The notes beneath the pieces are model-generated. The model made no database searches. It was not told the DNA's origin and saw nothing but the letters and a program-made list of their open reading frames with translations. From the NCBI GenBank assembly GCA_013265495.1, contig MU057651.1, forward strand, positions 2,146,948-2,210,947: a DNA stretch of 64,000 nucleotides. The letters run 5' to 3'. Shown one piece after another: positions 49,346 to 61,375 of the stretch (positions are counted from its first letter, which is position 1; each line of letters begins with the position of its first letter). The translations under genes and the position numbers were made by a program. This DNA comes from Vicugna vicugna. Taxonomy: Eukaryota.

Positions 49346-52293
49346 AACGTGACTCTTCACCCTAACCCAGCTTAAAGCAAGACCATGACCTCTCACAGGT
49401 TTCCTAATCACGTGACGTGATGCTGGAAGGCTGGCGGGGCCGTCCCGTAAGGCGCAGAAGCGATTAAAGGTGCAGAACCAAGCGTGACGGGCAGCTGGTC
49501 CAGTCGCCACCTCGTTTCGGAGGTGCCGAGACCGCTCGCCCGTGGGGAGGCCTGCGGGGTACTTCTAACGGTCCTCTGATTTCAGTTCCTACTTCTGCCC
49601 CGGGCCGAAATGTGTGGCTCTGGAAAACTTCCTCAGCCTAACTTCCCTCAGCGTGATCATCTCAACAAAAGGATATCGTGCATCGTGAGAAAGAAGCCAA
49701 GGTCACACACATCCCCGTCCCCGAGTAACCGCGGGATGCTGGGCCAGGAGGTCGGCTCTCCTAGCTCCAGTCTTCCCCGCGGCGTGGGGCCAGGGAGCCC
49801 AAGCGATGCCGCCGGTCCTCCACCCCGGCTACCCTGTTCCTCCTTGTCCTGCCGCAAACGCAGGCCGCCCAGGACTCACGCGGATGCTAACGGCACCCCT
49901 GAGCCCGGGGACTACGGGCCGTCTTCCTCTAGCGCCACGATTTAATAAACAATACACACCACCAACCGGATCCGGGTCGTAGCATATTGTGTAATTTCGC
50001 ATCATTCCTTCTAAAGTATTTTTTTTCAAGTTGGGAAATATTTGAACTGTTACTCAGATGAAGTATTTTCCATTCTAGGTTCTAAGGAGTTCCTGAAGTT
50101 TCAATAAGCATTTTATTTGGGAAATAATGTTCCAGATGCAAAACAAAAAATACTGGGTAAACAAAATTAGATAGACTTATTTGCTGCCGTAATGGCGACG
50201 TGTGTAAAGTGAGAACGTGTGCGGTTAAAACTCTCCTGGTACGATGTTTCTCGCAGGTGTGTGACGACGGTACACTTTCTCTCAAAAGACGTACTAATAT
50301 TTCTAAATCTCTAAAATTAAAATTAAAAACTTAACCAAAAAAAAAATAAATAAAAGTAACAATAGTCAAGCAACAAACGGGGAACCAGTTTGCAGCTACA
50401 AAATCAGCGACGTCTGCTAAACAGAAAACATAAACAGTTGAGATGAAGCCGTGATGAAAGGACAGAAAACTAATTCAAAAACAGGCATGAAGGAACAGAA
50501 AATCTGGAGGAACCTGTAGCAAGCAAAGGGACTGAGTCGGTAATTCAAAACCCCCAATAAGGAAACTCTCAGGGCGGGCTGGCTGCGCTGGTGACACTAC
50601 CCGGAAGTCAAAGGAGAGTTGAACCAATGCTGCTGAAACTCTTACGAACACACAAGAGAAGGAACACTTCTTACTGAACCTATGAGGTCGGCACTGCCTC
50701 AAGTGGATACTCTGTAAATGTTCACAGAAGCAGCATTTACAGCAGCCAAAATGTATAAACAACCCAAACGCCCACCAGTGGATGCGGGCGAACACGTTAG
50801 GTATAAACGAACAACGCAGTATCGTTCAACCATAAAAGGAACGGCATATGGGCACGTGCTCCGACGGGGCTGAATCGCGAAAACATCACGCTGGGTGAAA
50901 ACGAGCCACACCCGAAGCGACACGTATGGTGTCTGTTCACTTACGTGAAGGGGCCAGAACAGGGACAGAAAGCAGGCTGGTGGTGGAGAGAGCAGGCAGC
51001 AACCACTGAACAGGCACCGAGCTTCTCCCGGAGACGATTCAGGTACCTGGGAACTCGGCAGCGCGGTGTCTGCACAGCACTGGGTTCTCAACGCCACTGA
51101 GCTGCTCGCGCTACGATGTTCGCGTGGAGCTGCATTTGACCCATGGGCCAATATAAATTGGTGGAATGCGTGTAACTGATAACCAGAAAGGGAAGAGAGA
51201 ACAGTGCAGAAAGCAGTAAATGACATACATGACCCAAATTCGGTGCTGAAAGGCAGATTACAAAGCCACGCTTATTACTAAGGGAAGGAAGTCAATCTGA
51301 AAACACTACACACCGTCTAATTCCAAATCTGTGACACTCACACTACATACAAATATTAACTATGACCTTAATATAAGAGTGAAAAATTCCTAAAAGAAAA
51401 CATAGGGCTAACTCTTCATGACTTTGGGTATGGCAGTAAATGTTTAGATATGGCAACAAAAAAATAAATAGGACTTCACTAAAATTTAAAAAGCTTTGTG
51501 CATTAAAAGACATTGTCAAGAACTCTGTCAAGTGGCTGAGAAGCAACGTTAACAGGGTGTATCTCCAACTGACACGAGATCTAAGAAAGAGGGAGCGTTT
51601 ACATGAATGTCTAACAACGTAGACTTCCACGCAAGGACTATGACTAGGAACACAGAGGTGTATCACATAACAATGGAGAGTCCAGTCATCAGAACAAACA
51701 GCAATCCTAAATGCTTAATTAATCACTTAATTACTGCGTTTCAAAAGCCTTGTTAGGAAGTAAAGGCGGAGCCGTCTGACCCACAGTCACAGCCGGGAGC
51801 GCCGGCGTCTCGCTCTCACAGACCGACACCGCACGTGGGAACCGGAGCCACGGGTCTCCTGCGGGGCCGACCGCCGCCACCACGGGCACGAGGCCGAGCT
51901 CACGGCCCCAGTGCGCACGGAGCGTTCGCTCCTCAGGACGAGCCTCTTCCTGAGCCTCAGAACCTTTCTCAGGACAACTCAAAGTTAATACATGGTGCGT
52001 TTTCTAAACAGACAAATTTAGTTGGAAATCAACAGAATAAAGACATATTGGAAATGACCGGTTATATGGGAATTAAAAAGAGTGCCACTAAGTGAGCCCT
52101 GGGCCAAAAAAAATTACAAAAAAAAACCACTAGAAAATATTTTGTGCTGATTGAAAACTTAAAAATAAATCAAATTAGTTGGATGAACGTAAAACAATCT
52201 TAGGGAGAAACATACAGCTTTACATGCTCATGTGAGAAAAGAGAAAGATGTAAAACCAATGCAGTGTGATGCTCTCTTAAGAACCTAAAGAAA

Positions 52294-52523
52294 CATTTTT
52301 TTTCTCTGTGAGCTACCGTAAGATCTTGTATACATTTCCCTGTGCTCCACAGTATAATCTTGTTTGTCTATTCTACAATTCTGAAATCCCAGTCTCACAG
52401 AGAAAAAAAAAATGTGACAATGAATATATGTATGTTCATGTATAACTGAAAAATTGTGCTCCACACTGGAATTTGACACAACATTGTAAAATGATTATAA
52501 ATCAATAAAAAGAATTAAAAAAA
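52294..52523 (+). mobile_element. Younger camelid-type L1 3' insertion with a 5' inversion
   Basis: Perfect 15-bp target-site duplication AAGAACCTAAAGAAA at 52279-52293 and 52524-52538. 52294-52395 is antisense; 52394-52523 is sense with a poly(A) end. Confidence 0.9.
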
Positions 52524-54205
52524 AAGAACCTAAAGAAAGTAGAACACATTAAGTTTCAATGAGAAAGCAAAAAAAATATAAGAAAATGTTAAAGAGAAGA
52601 TATTAATCAAAGAGAAATCAAACCAACAAAAAAAATCAATGAAGTGAAAGCTGACTCCTTGAAGCCACTAATAAAACTGATAAACCTCCAGCTAGAGCTT
52701 GTAAAACCAAAAAGAATTAGTCAAGATAAATGAGCAGTATCAGTAATCAATGAAGAAACATTACTACAGATTCTACAAAATTAGTGGTTAAATAAGACAA
52801 CATGGTGATAAACCTGTGGAATAAATCTGACCATTTAAAGAAAACAGACAAACACCTTGCACATACAAATTCTAAAAATGGACTCAGAAAACCTGAAAAG
52901 CACTTTGTCCCTTCACCACTGTAATTACAATTCCTCCCACAGGGAGCTGCAGTCCTGCTGGAGGGGTCAAACCCTCTCATGCCCACTCAGCCCACTGACG
53001 GCAGCTGAAAACTAGAACTAAGAATGTCCCGACTGCCTGGGGGGGGTCACTAAAAAGCAAAAGACACTGGGTGACTCTAGAAAGGAAGTTAACAGAAGTG
53101 ACTCACACAGAGACAAGCATCACTTTTTTTTTTTTTAATTTTCTCTCTAAACTGAGATTTGCAATCATACAGGTTGCGGCCTAACTACCATGTTCACTGT
53201 TTGGAAGGTTATGTTCCGGATGACAAGTTTTCAACGATTTTGTCTCTCGAGGGAATGCAATCTATTCACATCACAGTAGGCTTCTTTGGAAAGACTAACA
53301 TGCCAATTCTAAATTATATATATAGTACTTAAAAAGCCACAGAATAAGCAAAGTAATTTTTAACATAATAGGATAGTCATTATTATAAACCTACAGTAAT
53401 GAAGCTTCGGTGAAACAATAAACATAAAGGTGAACAGAGCAGAATTAACCCCACATGAATATAGTCAGTTACATTTTTGACAGAGGTACCAAGGAAAACT
53501 TAATGGGAAAGGAAAATTCTTCACCAAGTGGCGCTGGATTTCCAGGACAGGCTATCTGCATTTGTGAACAATGATTACGGACTCTTACCTCATATCAAAT
53601 AGAAAAATCAACTCAACACCCAGCGTAGACTTAAATGCCCAACCCCAAAATACCAAAACAAAAAGCCCAGCTGAAAATCTTTGTGACCTTAGGGTAGGGA
53701 GAGGTTAATTAGAACACAAAAACACACGAATCACAGAGAAAAAAATTAATAAACTGGATTTCTTCAACTTTTTGCTTTGAAAACAAAAATTCCAGCCACA
53801 GCCCAGGAGAATGTATTCATGGCACATATACCAGGAGAAAACTTTTGTCCATACTATACTGAGAACTCTTACAACTCAGTAAGACAAACAACCCACTTAA
53901 AAACGGGGAAGATATTTGAACAGACACTGTGCAAAAGAACATCAACATCCAACAGGAACTTGAAAATACCTTTTAAAAAGGAAAATTAAAACCATAATGA
54001 GATACCACTACACATACACACATTGGAGTGGCTACAATTAAAAACAGTGATCATATTATGCTTTGGAAAGTATTTACAATAGCTGGAACTCCACAGTTTT
54101 GCAGGTGGAACATAAAATCGTACGGCCACTTCAGAAGTAATTTGGCATCTTTTTTTTATAAAGTTAAACATACACTTACCGTATGACCCAGCAATCACAA
54201 TCATA

Positions 54206-54346
54206 NNNNNNNNNNNNNNNNNNNNNNNNNNNNNNNNNNNNNNNNNNNNNNNNNNNNNNNNNNNNNNNNNNNNNNNNNNNNNNNNNNNNNNNNNNNNNNN
54301 NNNNNNNNNNNNNNNNNNNNNNNNNNNNNNNNNNNNNNNNNNNNNN
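54206..54346. other. Assembly gap (141 N)
   Basis: Run of N inside L1-derived sequence. Confidence 1.
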
Positions 54347-55080
54347 TATGCCCATTCAATGGACTACTTACTACTCAGCAACAGAAAGGAGCAGACTATC
54401 AATACATGCAGTAATACTGATGCCGCCCAAAATCATCGTGCTGAGGGAAAGAATTCAGACAGAGGTTACGTACTGCACGATCCCATTTACAGAAAATGAT
54501 AAAAATGCATGCAAATGTATAGCGACACAAACACACCGGTATTTGCTTGAGAATGAGTGCTGAGGTAGGACTGATTCCAAAAAGGCATGAGCAAAATTCA
54601 GAGCCATGGCAAGGTCCTTCTCTTGACTGCAGTGATCGATTCATGGCCGTATACACGTCCAAGCCATTAAACTCTGTCATTTCAGCGTGTGGAGTTAGTT
54701 AATTGTATGTTAATGCTGAGCCCAAATTAACGTTTAGCTTAGACATCATTTATTGATCATTGTGTTGACTGACTCAATAAAAGCTAAACGTATAAAATCC
54801 TGAATTGGGATGAAAATACCAATTTCTGATAATGGATCTATTATTCATTTGTATGTGCAGAAAGGGGAGAAATGGATTGCTCAGGCCTTCACTGGAGGCT
54901 TCAGCTGTGTCCTATTTAAATCACTTTAAATCTTAGGACACGAAGCAAGTGACAGAACACGGAATTTGTTTGCAATGAGTGATGTATGTGTGTTTACAAC
55001 ATCATATTCTATATTTCTAGATGTTTGAAATGTAACATTATAAAGAAAGATTTTGCTTCCAAAGAATCATAATGTATCAG

Positions 55081-55100
55081 ACACACACACACACACACAC
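55081..55100. repeat. (AC)10 microsatellite
   Basis: Read directly from the sequence. Confidence 0.95.
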
Positions 55101-56884
55101 CCCTTCCCCTGAAAACCAAAACCAAACAAACCTCAGAGACAGCTTCACTGAGGAATGAAACACTTGAGAAAAAAAATTATTAAAAGTTTTACATAAGCCA
55201 TTTACAAAAAAAGCAAGAAGAGGGAACAATTGCAACTCATTTTATAAACAGCAATGCCCTAATAAAAAAAAGTTTACAAATATTTACAAGAAAACTACAG
55301 ACCCAAGTTCCACAAAAATCCTTAATTAAGTATTAGCATTTACACCCCATCAATATATAGAAATTAGGAACAATGATTGCATGTAGTTTATGAGGTCAGT
55401 TCAACAAAGTTGGCTTAACTTCTATGTATCAATCAGTGCACCATAAAACATGATAAAAGACATTAAACATATAATCAACTCAATGATCTATAAAAATATG
55501 ACAAAACTCAACCTCATTCATGACAAAAAATCAAAACAAATAAGGAATGGAAGGGACTTTCCTTTGTCAACTGGATTAATGGCATCTCTGAAAACCCTCC
55601 CACTAGAACCACGTCTAACTGGAACAGGAGAAGGCGGCCAGCTCTCACCACTCGTGTTGAGCACTTTGCTGAGCGTTCCAGCCAGGCGAATGGGGACATA
55701 AAAATAACAAAGAGCATGGAAATCACAGATAAAGCAGTAAAATGGTCTTGACTCCTAACTGGGATGATTAGGTATGAAGAAAATCAAAAAAACAAAGAAT
55801 AATTCTTAGCACTAAAACTGAGTTTTAGCAAGGCCACGCAATACAAGGTCAGTATTTCCAGAAGAAAACAGGAAAAAGTTGTCAGGAATCTGAGGTAAGC
55901 AGAAATCTCTTGGATGGACACAGTATCTTTGAAGCAAAAACTGAAAAACTTCAGTATTTGAAAGATATCATTAACAAAGTAAAAAGAATACATATGGACT
56001 TGTTGCCAGAATATGTAAACAAACCTTCTAAGTCACTATCTAGAAGAAATACAACCCAATAAAAGGGTAGAACAAAAGGTCTGAACAGTTCACAGAAGAA
56101 TACAAGTGAGTGCTCAAAGAGAGCGTGGGAAGATGTTTGACATCGTTAGTTACGAAGTCAATACAAAGTGCAGCACAGACAAAACAGCACCACACCCTCA
56201 TCGGGACGGTGAATATCTAAAAGATGGCCAGTACCAAGACCGCAGGAAAAACGAATAATCTAGAAAGCTCACACACTGCCCGGTGGAGGTATGAAACCAA
56301 ACAGCTGCTCTGTAACAGTCTGGGAATTTCTCAGTAGTTTTAAAATACGTTTCACCGTTATTAACCTGCAACTTAATTCTTATGTGTCTGCCCAAGAGAA
56401 ACGAAGACGCAGATCCCCAGCAAAGCTTACAGAGAAGCTTTATTCACAATAGCCAAAAGCTAGGAACAACCCAAACGCTGACCAAAAACGGAATGGATAA
56501 GTAAGTAGTGGTGAAGTTAACAGGCAGTTGTAAGTGGTTACAGGGTGGCATAAGGGAACAATTTGGGGCGATGGACATCCCTGTATCTTCACTGTGGTAT
56601 TGGTTAAATGGATGAATTCACCTGCCCCAACTCACTGAACTGTGCAGTTAAAACGTGCACTTTTTCAAAGGTAAAATGAGTGCATTTATTACATCTTAAT
56701 AAAGTTGCTTAGAACGTATTTCCCCACAAATACTGCGTGGTCTCATCAAATTGGGTTTAAAGATTCCAAGTAACAGGCAGATACTACCTGATTGGATTTA
56801 ACAAGCCAGATCAAATTATCTGCTGCCTAAATAAGTACGAAGACATAAATTTAAAAAGGGGCTAGGAAGAGCTGCAGCGTTTGC

Positions 56885-57140
56885 AGCGCTCAGTTTCACG
56901 TGTCTGTCTGGCTAAGGGATACAGGCACGGCCGTGAAGGTTCTGTAGATGAGATGAAAGTTTACAATCAGCTGACTTTCAGAAGGCAGGCTGGTGGGCTG
57001 ACTTCATCAGCCGAACGCCTGCGGACGGAGCTGAGGCTCCCCTGAGAAAGGGGACATTCTGCCGGCGGACTTCCGCTTCAGGCGGCGCCCAGGAGTCCTG
57101 CGCCGGCCCTCCCCGAGGGCTTGCTCTGTAAATGTGACAA
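56885..57140 (+). mobile_element. MLT2-like (ERVL) LTR relic
   Basis: ggctaagggata...tgtagatgagatgaaagtttacaatcagctgacttt...gctgaggctcccctgagaa...attctgcc resembles MLT2. Confidence 0.55.
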
Positions 57141-59099
57141 CAACGTAGCTAGCTGTCACGAGCACACAAGCCAACGTCTTGCGGTAAATCCCGCAATATG
57201 CACATACCCGACTGATTCTCTGGTGTAACTCTGATAAACCGTGGTAGCACTAAGGAAGAAGAATCTGAAGTTGGCAGTATTAGTATCAGACAAAGTAAAG
57301 TCAGAGGAAAGGCTGCTACAAGGAATGAAAAAATATTTCATTATGATCACGGTGTGGCTATAACCAGAAGGATACAGCATGAAACATGTTTCAGTAAATT
57401 AAAAAGTGTTCTAACCACACAAAGCATGTTCTCTGATAGCTGAATTGTATTAGGTTTCAATAAAAGAAGGATCTCTGGAAATCCCCGTAACATTTGGAAA
57501 CTGAACATCACAATTCTAAAAAACAACTACCTGAAGAAGAAATCAAGAGAGAAACGAGCATTTTGAAGTGAATGGAAATGAAAGCACAACAGGGCACGTT
57601 CTGTGAGGCGCCCCTGAAGCTGTGGAGAAATTAATAGCTGGAATGCTGCAAGTTATTAAAATGTTGCCCCCCCAAATAACCTGAACAGCCACACGTACTA
57701 AAGAAACTGAATTTTTAGCAAAAAAAAAGACCAAACAAACAAACAAAACAAAAAATTAAACTTCTCAACAAAGAAAACAAAGGTTTTACTCTGCTGCTTC
57801 CAGGAAAATGCAGGAGGCAAGGGGGAAACTGATGAGGGCACTGTTAACGGATTCTTTCAAGCAGGTGCACAGATGCAACACACTGACAACCAAAAGGCAG
57901 CAGCCATTTTTACAGAACGTGGCAAGCGGACTCAAGAATCGGAACGGAGGGGCAGTGGGCCTCCTGGTACGTAAGGACAGAGACTGGGACTCCCTGAAAG
58001 TTACAGCCACCTGCTGCAGGGATCGAGGAGCAATCAGGGGAGCAAGAGAGTATTCAGAAACACGCCCACCTACGTGGACACCTGAGCGCAGCACCGGGTG
58101 AAGGATGAGCTTTGCAATAAACGGCACTGAGAAACACGACGTAAAAAATACTCAGCTGGGGTCTCAGTGTCGACCACCTGCTCACACTCAGTGAGCACTC
58201 TGTGTTTCTGAATTCTGACATCTCCTGGATGAACAAAACGTAAGTGCTATAATGAAGGCATTTTTGAGTTTCTAAAGACAAGGAAGATTTGGGTTATAAA
58301 GGGCATGTGGTAGGTTAGGCAATGAAGCCGGGGTTTTAGCACTGAAGGTTTAAAGCAATGAGATGATTACATCTGGAACTGAGACGCGTAACTGGAAGCC
58401 ATGTGGGACAGGGGCTCAAAAGGGGAAAAAGTAAAGGTCCTCCCTGGCCACTCAGGGGAGGACCGTGGCCAGCCCAGGCACAGGGAGAACGGACCCACAT
58501 TAAAATCGTTACAGCGGGAATGAAGACGAGGGGATAAATCCGGGAGGAGGGCAGTGAGGCAGAAAGAAGGGAAGGAGGACTTCCGCTGGCCAGTGAGCAA
58601 GCCCCGACTGGCAAAACCGCGACTCCTGTGGGGGAGGCTTCCAGCCCGAGCAGACAGCGGCCGGCGGGGAGACACCGTCCTTACTCCACGTGGCTGTAAA
58701 AGTTTGCCTTAATCTTCTGAAAATTAACGCTCAGAATCCATTAAAAGAAATCCCAAGAGGTCTACAGTTACCCATACACTGAGAGAGAGGTTAATTTAAG
58801 ACGGTGTGAACGTTTTGAATTGTTAAAGCAACATACCCAAAAAAATGTGAAAAATCAAACTGTTCATTTTTCTGAGATCAGTACTCACATTTCTGTAAAT
58901 CCACACAAGGAAACGACTCGAAAAATTAGAGCTAGTTAAGTACAACTGTAAATAACATTTAATACAACTGTAAAAACAGGAGATACTCTAAAGGCCAACA
59001 TAAATGAAATGTTTGAACGTAACTCCTGTAATTAGCCGTTTTTAGTAAATAAAAGCCATGTGCGGACAACAGAAGGATATGGAAGAATGTTTACAACTT

Positions 59100-60450
59100 A
59101 ATAGCTAACACAACAAAAGCCATACTAATTTCCTCATTCCTGCGAACCATTTATTGATAGCTCTGTTAGAATGGTAAATTTATGAAGACAAAGAGCAGGT
59201 GACAACCACACACAAAGGAAATGTCTGAATGTTGGAGAAATAAACACTGGTGAACGTTTATTTTTCTTGAGTATGCCTTCGGTGTTATACTGTTCAAGCT
59301 TCAAGGGAAAATTTAAATTTTTTACCTTTTCATTAAAAAATTTTACCCACAGGAAAAAAAAAAAAGAGACATGAATGTACCGTGCGATGAATGTCTGCAC
59401 AGAACGCCTGGGGACGATTCAGGCCTCACGCGGAACGCTGCCACCGCCTCAGAAGCCCTCTGTGTTCCTCTCTGTTCGTACTTCCACCCCGCCCTCCAGA
59501 AGTCGACACTATTCTTCTTCCGTGTTACGGTAATGCTTTCCTCGGACTGCGTGGCAGTTTTAGCTGTTAGCATCCGTGAACAAATCTCTGTAACACAGAC
59601 CTTCCTTACGCCTAAGCGGCATGCGTTGACCCTACTGCACTGGGCTTCTTTTCCACACGTTGTTGATAAGATGCACCCAGACGCTTGTGCCCCCCACCCA
59701 TGCATCGCGGGCACGCCCCGGCAGCGTTCCAGCGGATGAACGTCTCACTGTCACTCACACATTCTAGCACGCATGGACATTTGGGTTGTCTCTAGTTTGG
59801 GACCATTAGCGAATACGCTGCAAGGGAAGTTCCCTGAGAGTCAGACGCTAGATCACAGAGCACGCGCACCGTCACGTTTACGGTAACGCCAAACGGTCCC
59901 CCAATGGGCATCACTCACCCACTCGGGCAGCGTGACCGCGTCTGGGACGGCACGACACGCCCTTCTCCGCACCTAGCACGTGAGGGCTGGGTAGCTTCCC
60001 CAGCCTGACAGCTGTGTAGCCAGAGCTCACTGTGTTTTTAACACACACTTCCCTAGTTACGAAAAGGCTGGACACATTTTCACGTGTCCATTGACCAACT
60101 GGAATTACGTGTTTGTGAAGTAGTTGTTCAAATCTTCTCCCGTTTTTCAAAATTGCTTTGTCCTTTTCAGAAACGTTTTCTAGGGGCCCTGGATACGTTC
60201 TGGGTGCCAGAAGTCCGAGGCTCAGTCACGCCCTAGCTCGGGTGGTGCTTACTAAGAATGTCTTCGAAGTCCCGCCGCGGGTCTCCAGTCACCCACAAAG
60301 CCCTCTTCAGGGACACACGTTCACCTTTCAGGCCCCCCCGACCTCTGTCTCAGGCTGCTCTATATAATCCTATATAATCTCCCCTTGGGTCCCTTCCCTG
60401 CGGTTTAGCGGTTTCAGGTTCTCTAATTAATTCATGGATGCACCTCCTGT
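59100..60450 (-). mobile_element. Ancient L1M 3' UTR plus ORF2 relic, CpG-enriched
   Basis: ggacatttgggttgtctctagtttggg and gtttgtgaagtagttgttcaaatcttctcccgtttt are antisense L1 motifs. Confidence 0.7.
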
Positions 60451-61197
60451 GTCTCCAGACTTTGCCAGCTGAGAGCACATATTTGGGGGGAGCAAAACAG
60501 TTATTTTTAGAGGCAGAAAATATTACAGAGATTTTTACATATGTTTACTATATAGTTTCCATGGTGTCTGTTGTCAGGAATAAAAAGTTGCTTAATGAAC
60601 TTGATCACGCAGGACAGCACATAGAAACATTAATGTGAAAACCACACAGTAAAATCAGGGTACCTGAAAACAATGTTCTCTGAACTCTTATAAAGGCAAA
60701 AAATATTGAATGGTAAAATTATTTGTACCTCTGCTCAGAGGTTCAAAACCTATTATTTCACTTAAAAGAGTTATGTTTAACTATTGCAAAATGCTTAGAA
60801 TAAGTAAGATGCAAGTATGTAAAAATTCTAGTTCGCCTTAAGACGTCACTGAGTGACGGTATAAACGCACTTAACAGGCAGCCGCAGCACTCAGTTTCGT
60901 TTTCACTGCTTGAGTGATAAACAGCACCACAGGTTATCAAAACGGTGGCAAGGCTGGCATTTCTAAGTGCTTCATTAAATCGGTACTGTACTTCCTAAGA
61001 TAAACATCTCAGTACATTTATCCAATTTCATACCCTTAAGCAAAAACAAAATCATGAAAAAGTTAAAGTAAAATACAACTTCAAATAAATTAGAGAAATA
61101 CCTTAGTAATAATAAAAATAAGCAACATCGTTAGGTAGCGTGAAAATAAGTGAATTTTCGCAAACGTAAGCCGTGAGAATCAGAGCTCGTCACGTAC

Positions 61198-61375
61198 CAC
61201 AGCACTCAGGACACTTCGGGTGTTTCAGGACGTTTATCCCGAACCCGGGGAAGCAGCGGTTCATCCACACCATCTGGAAAGTGCCTTCGATGTGGTAAAT
61301 CTCAGGCAGGGATTCTGCGCGTCTGCCCACCGCTTCCACTTGCTGACTGAAAAATCTCTCTATGAGGCTTTTAGC
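61198..61375 (-). CDS. ZPBP: ZPBP (zona pellucida binding protein) penultimate coding exon
   Basis: The minus strand translates [59 protein letters not shown]+G, recognisable as ZPBP. Acceptor ctgtttctattttag, donor G|gtacgt. Length is 178 bp, phase 0 to 1. This exon is absent from the supplied ORF track. Confidence 0.95.

Larger units (their letters stand above)
50100..57800 (+). mobile_element. Mosaic of ancient L1M ORF2 and 3' UTR fragments filling the last ZPBP intron, antisense to ZPBP
   Basis: Recognisable endonuclease-region (about 51650-52260, 57230-57660), RT-region (50540-50700, 55150-55950) and 3' (50720-51200, 53250-54650, 56000-56700) pieces, all frame-disrupted. Confidence 0.8.

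Noticed and set aside
53519-53537. CTCF-like motif TCTTCACCAAGTGGCGCTG
   Set aside because: It mismatches two high-information positions and lies in L1-derived sequence.
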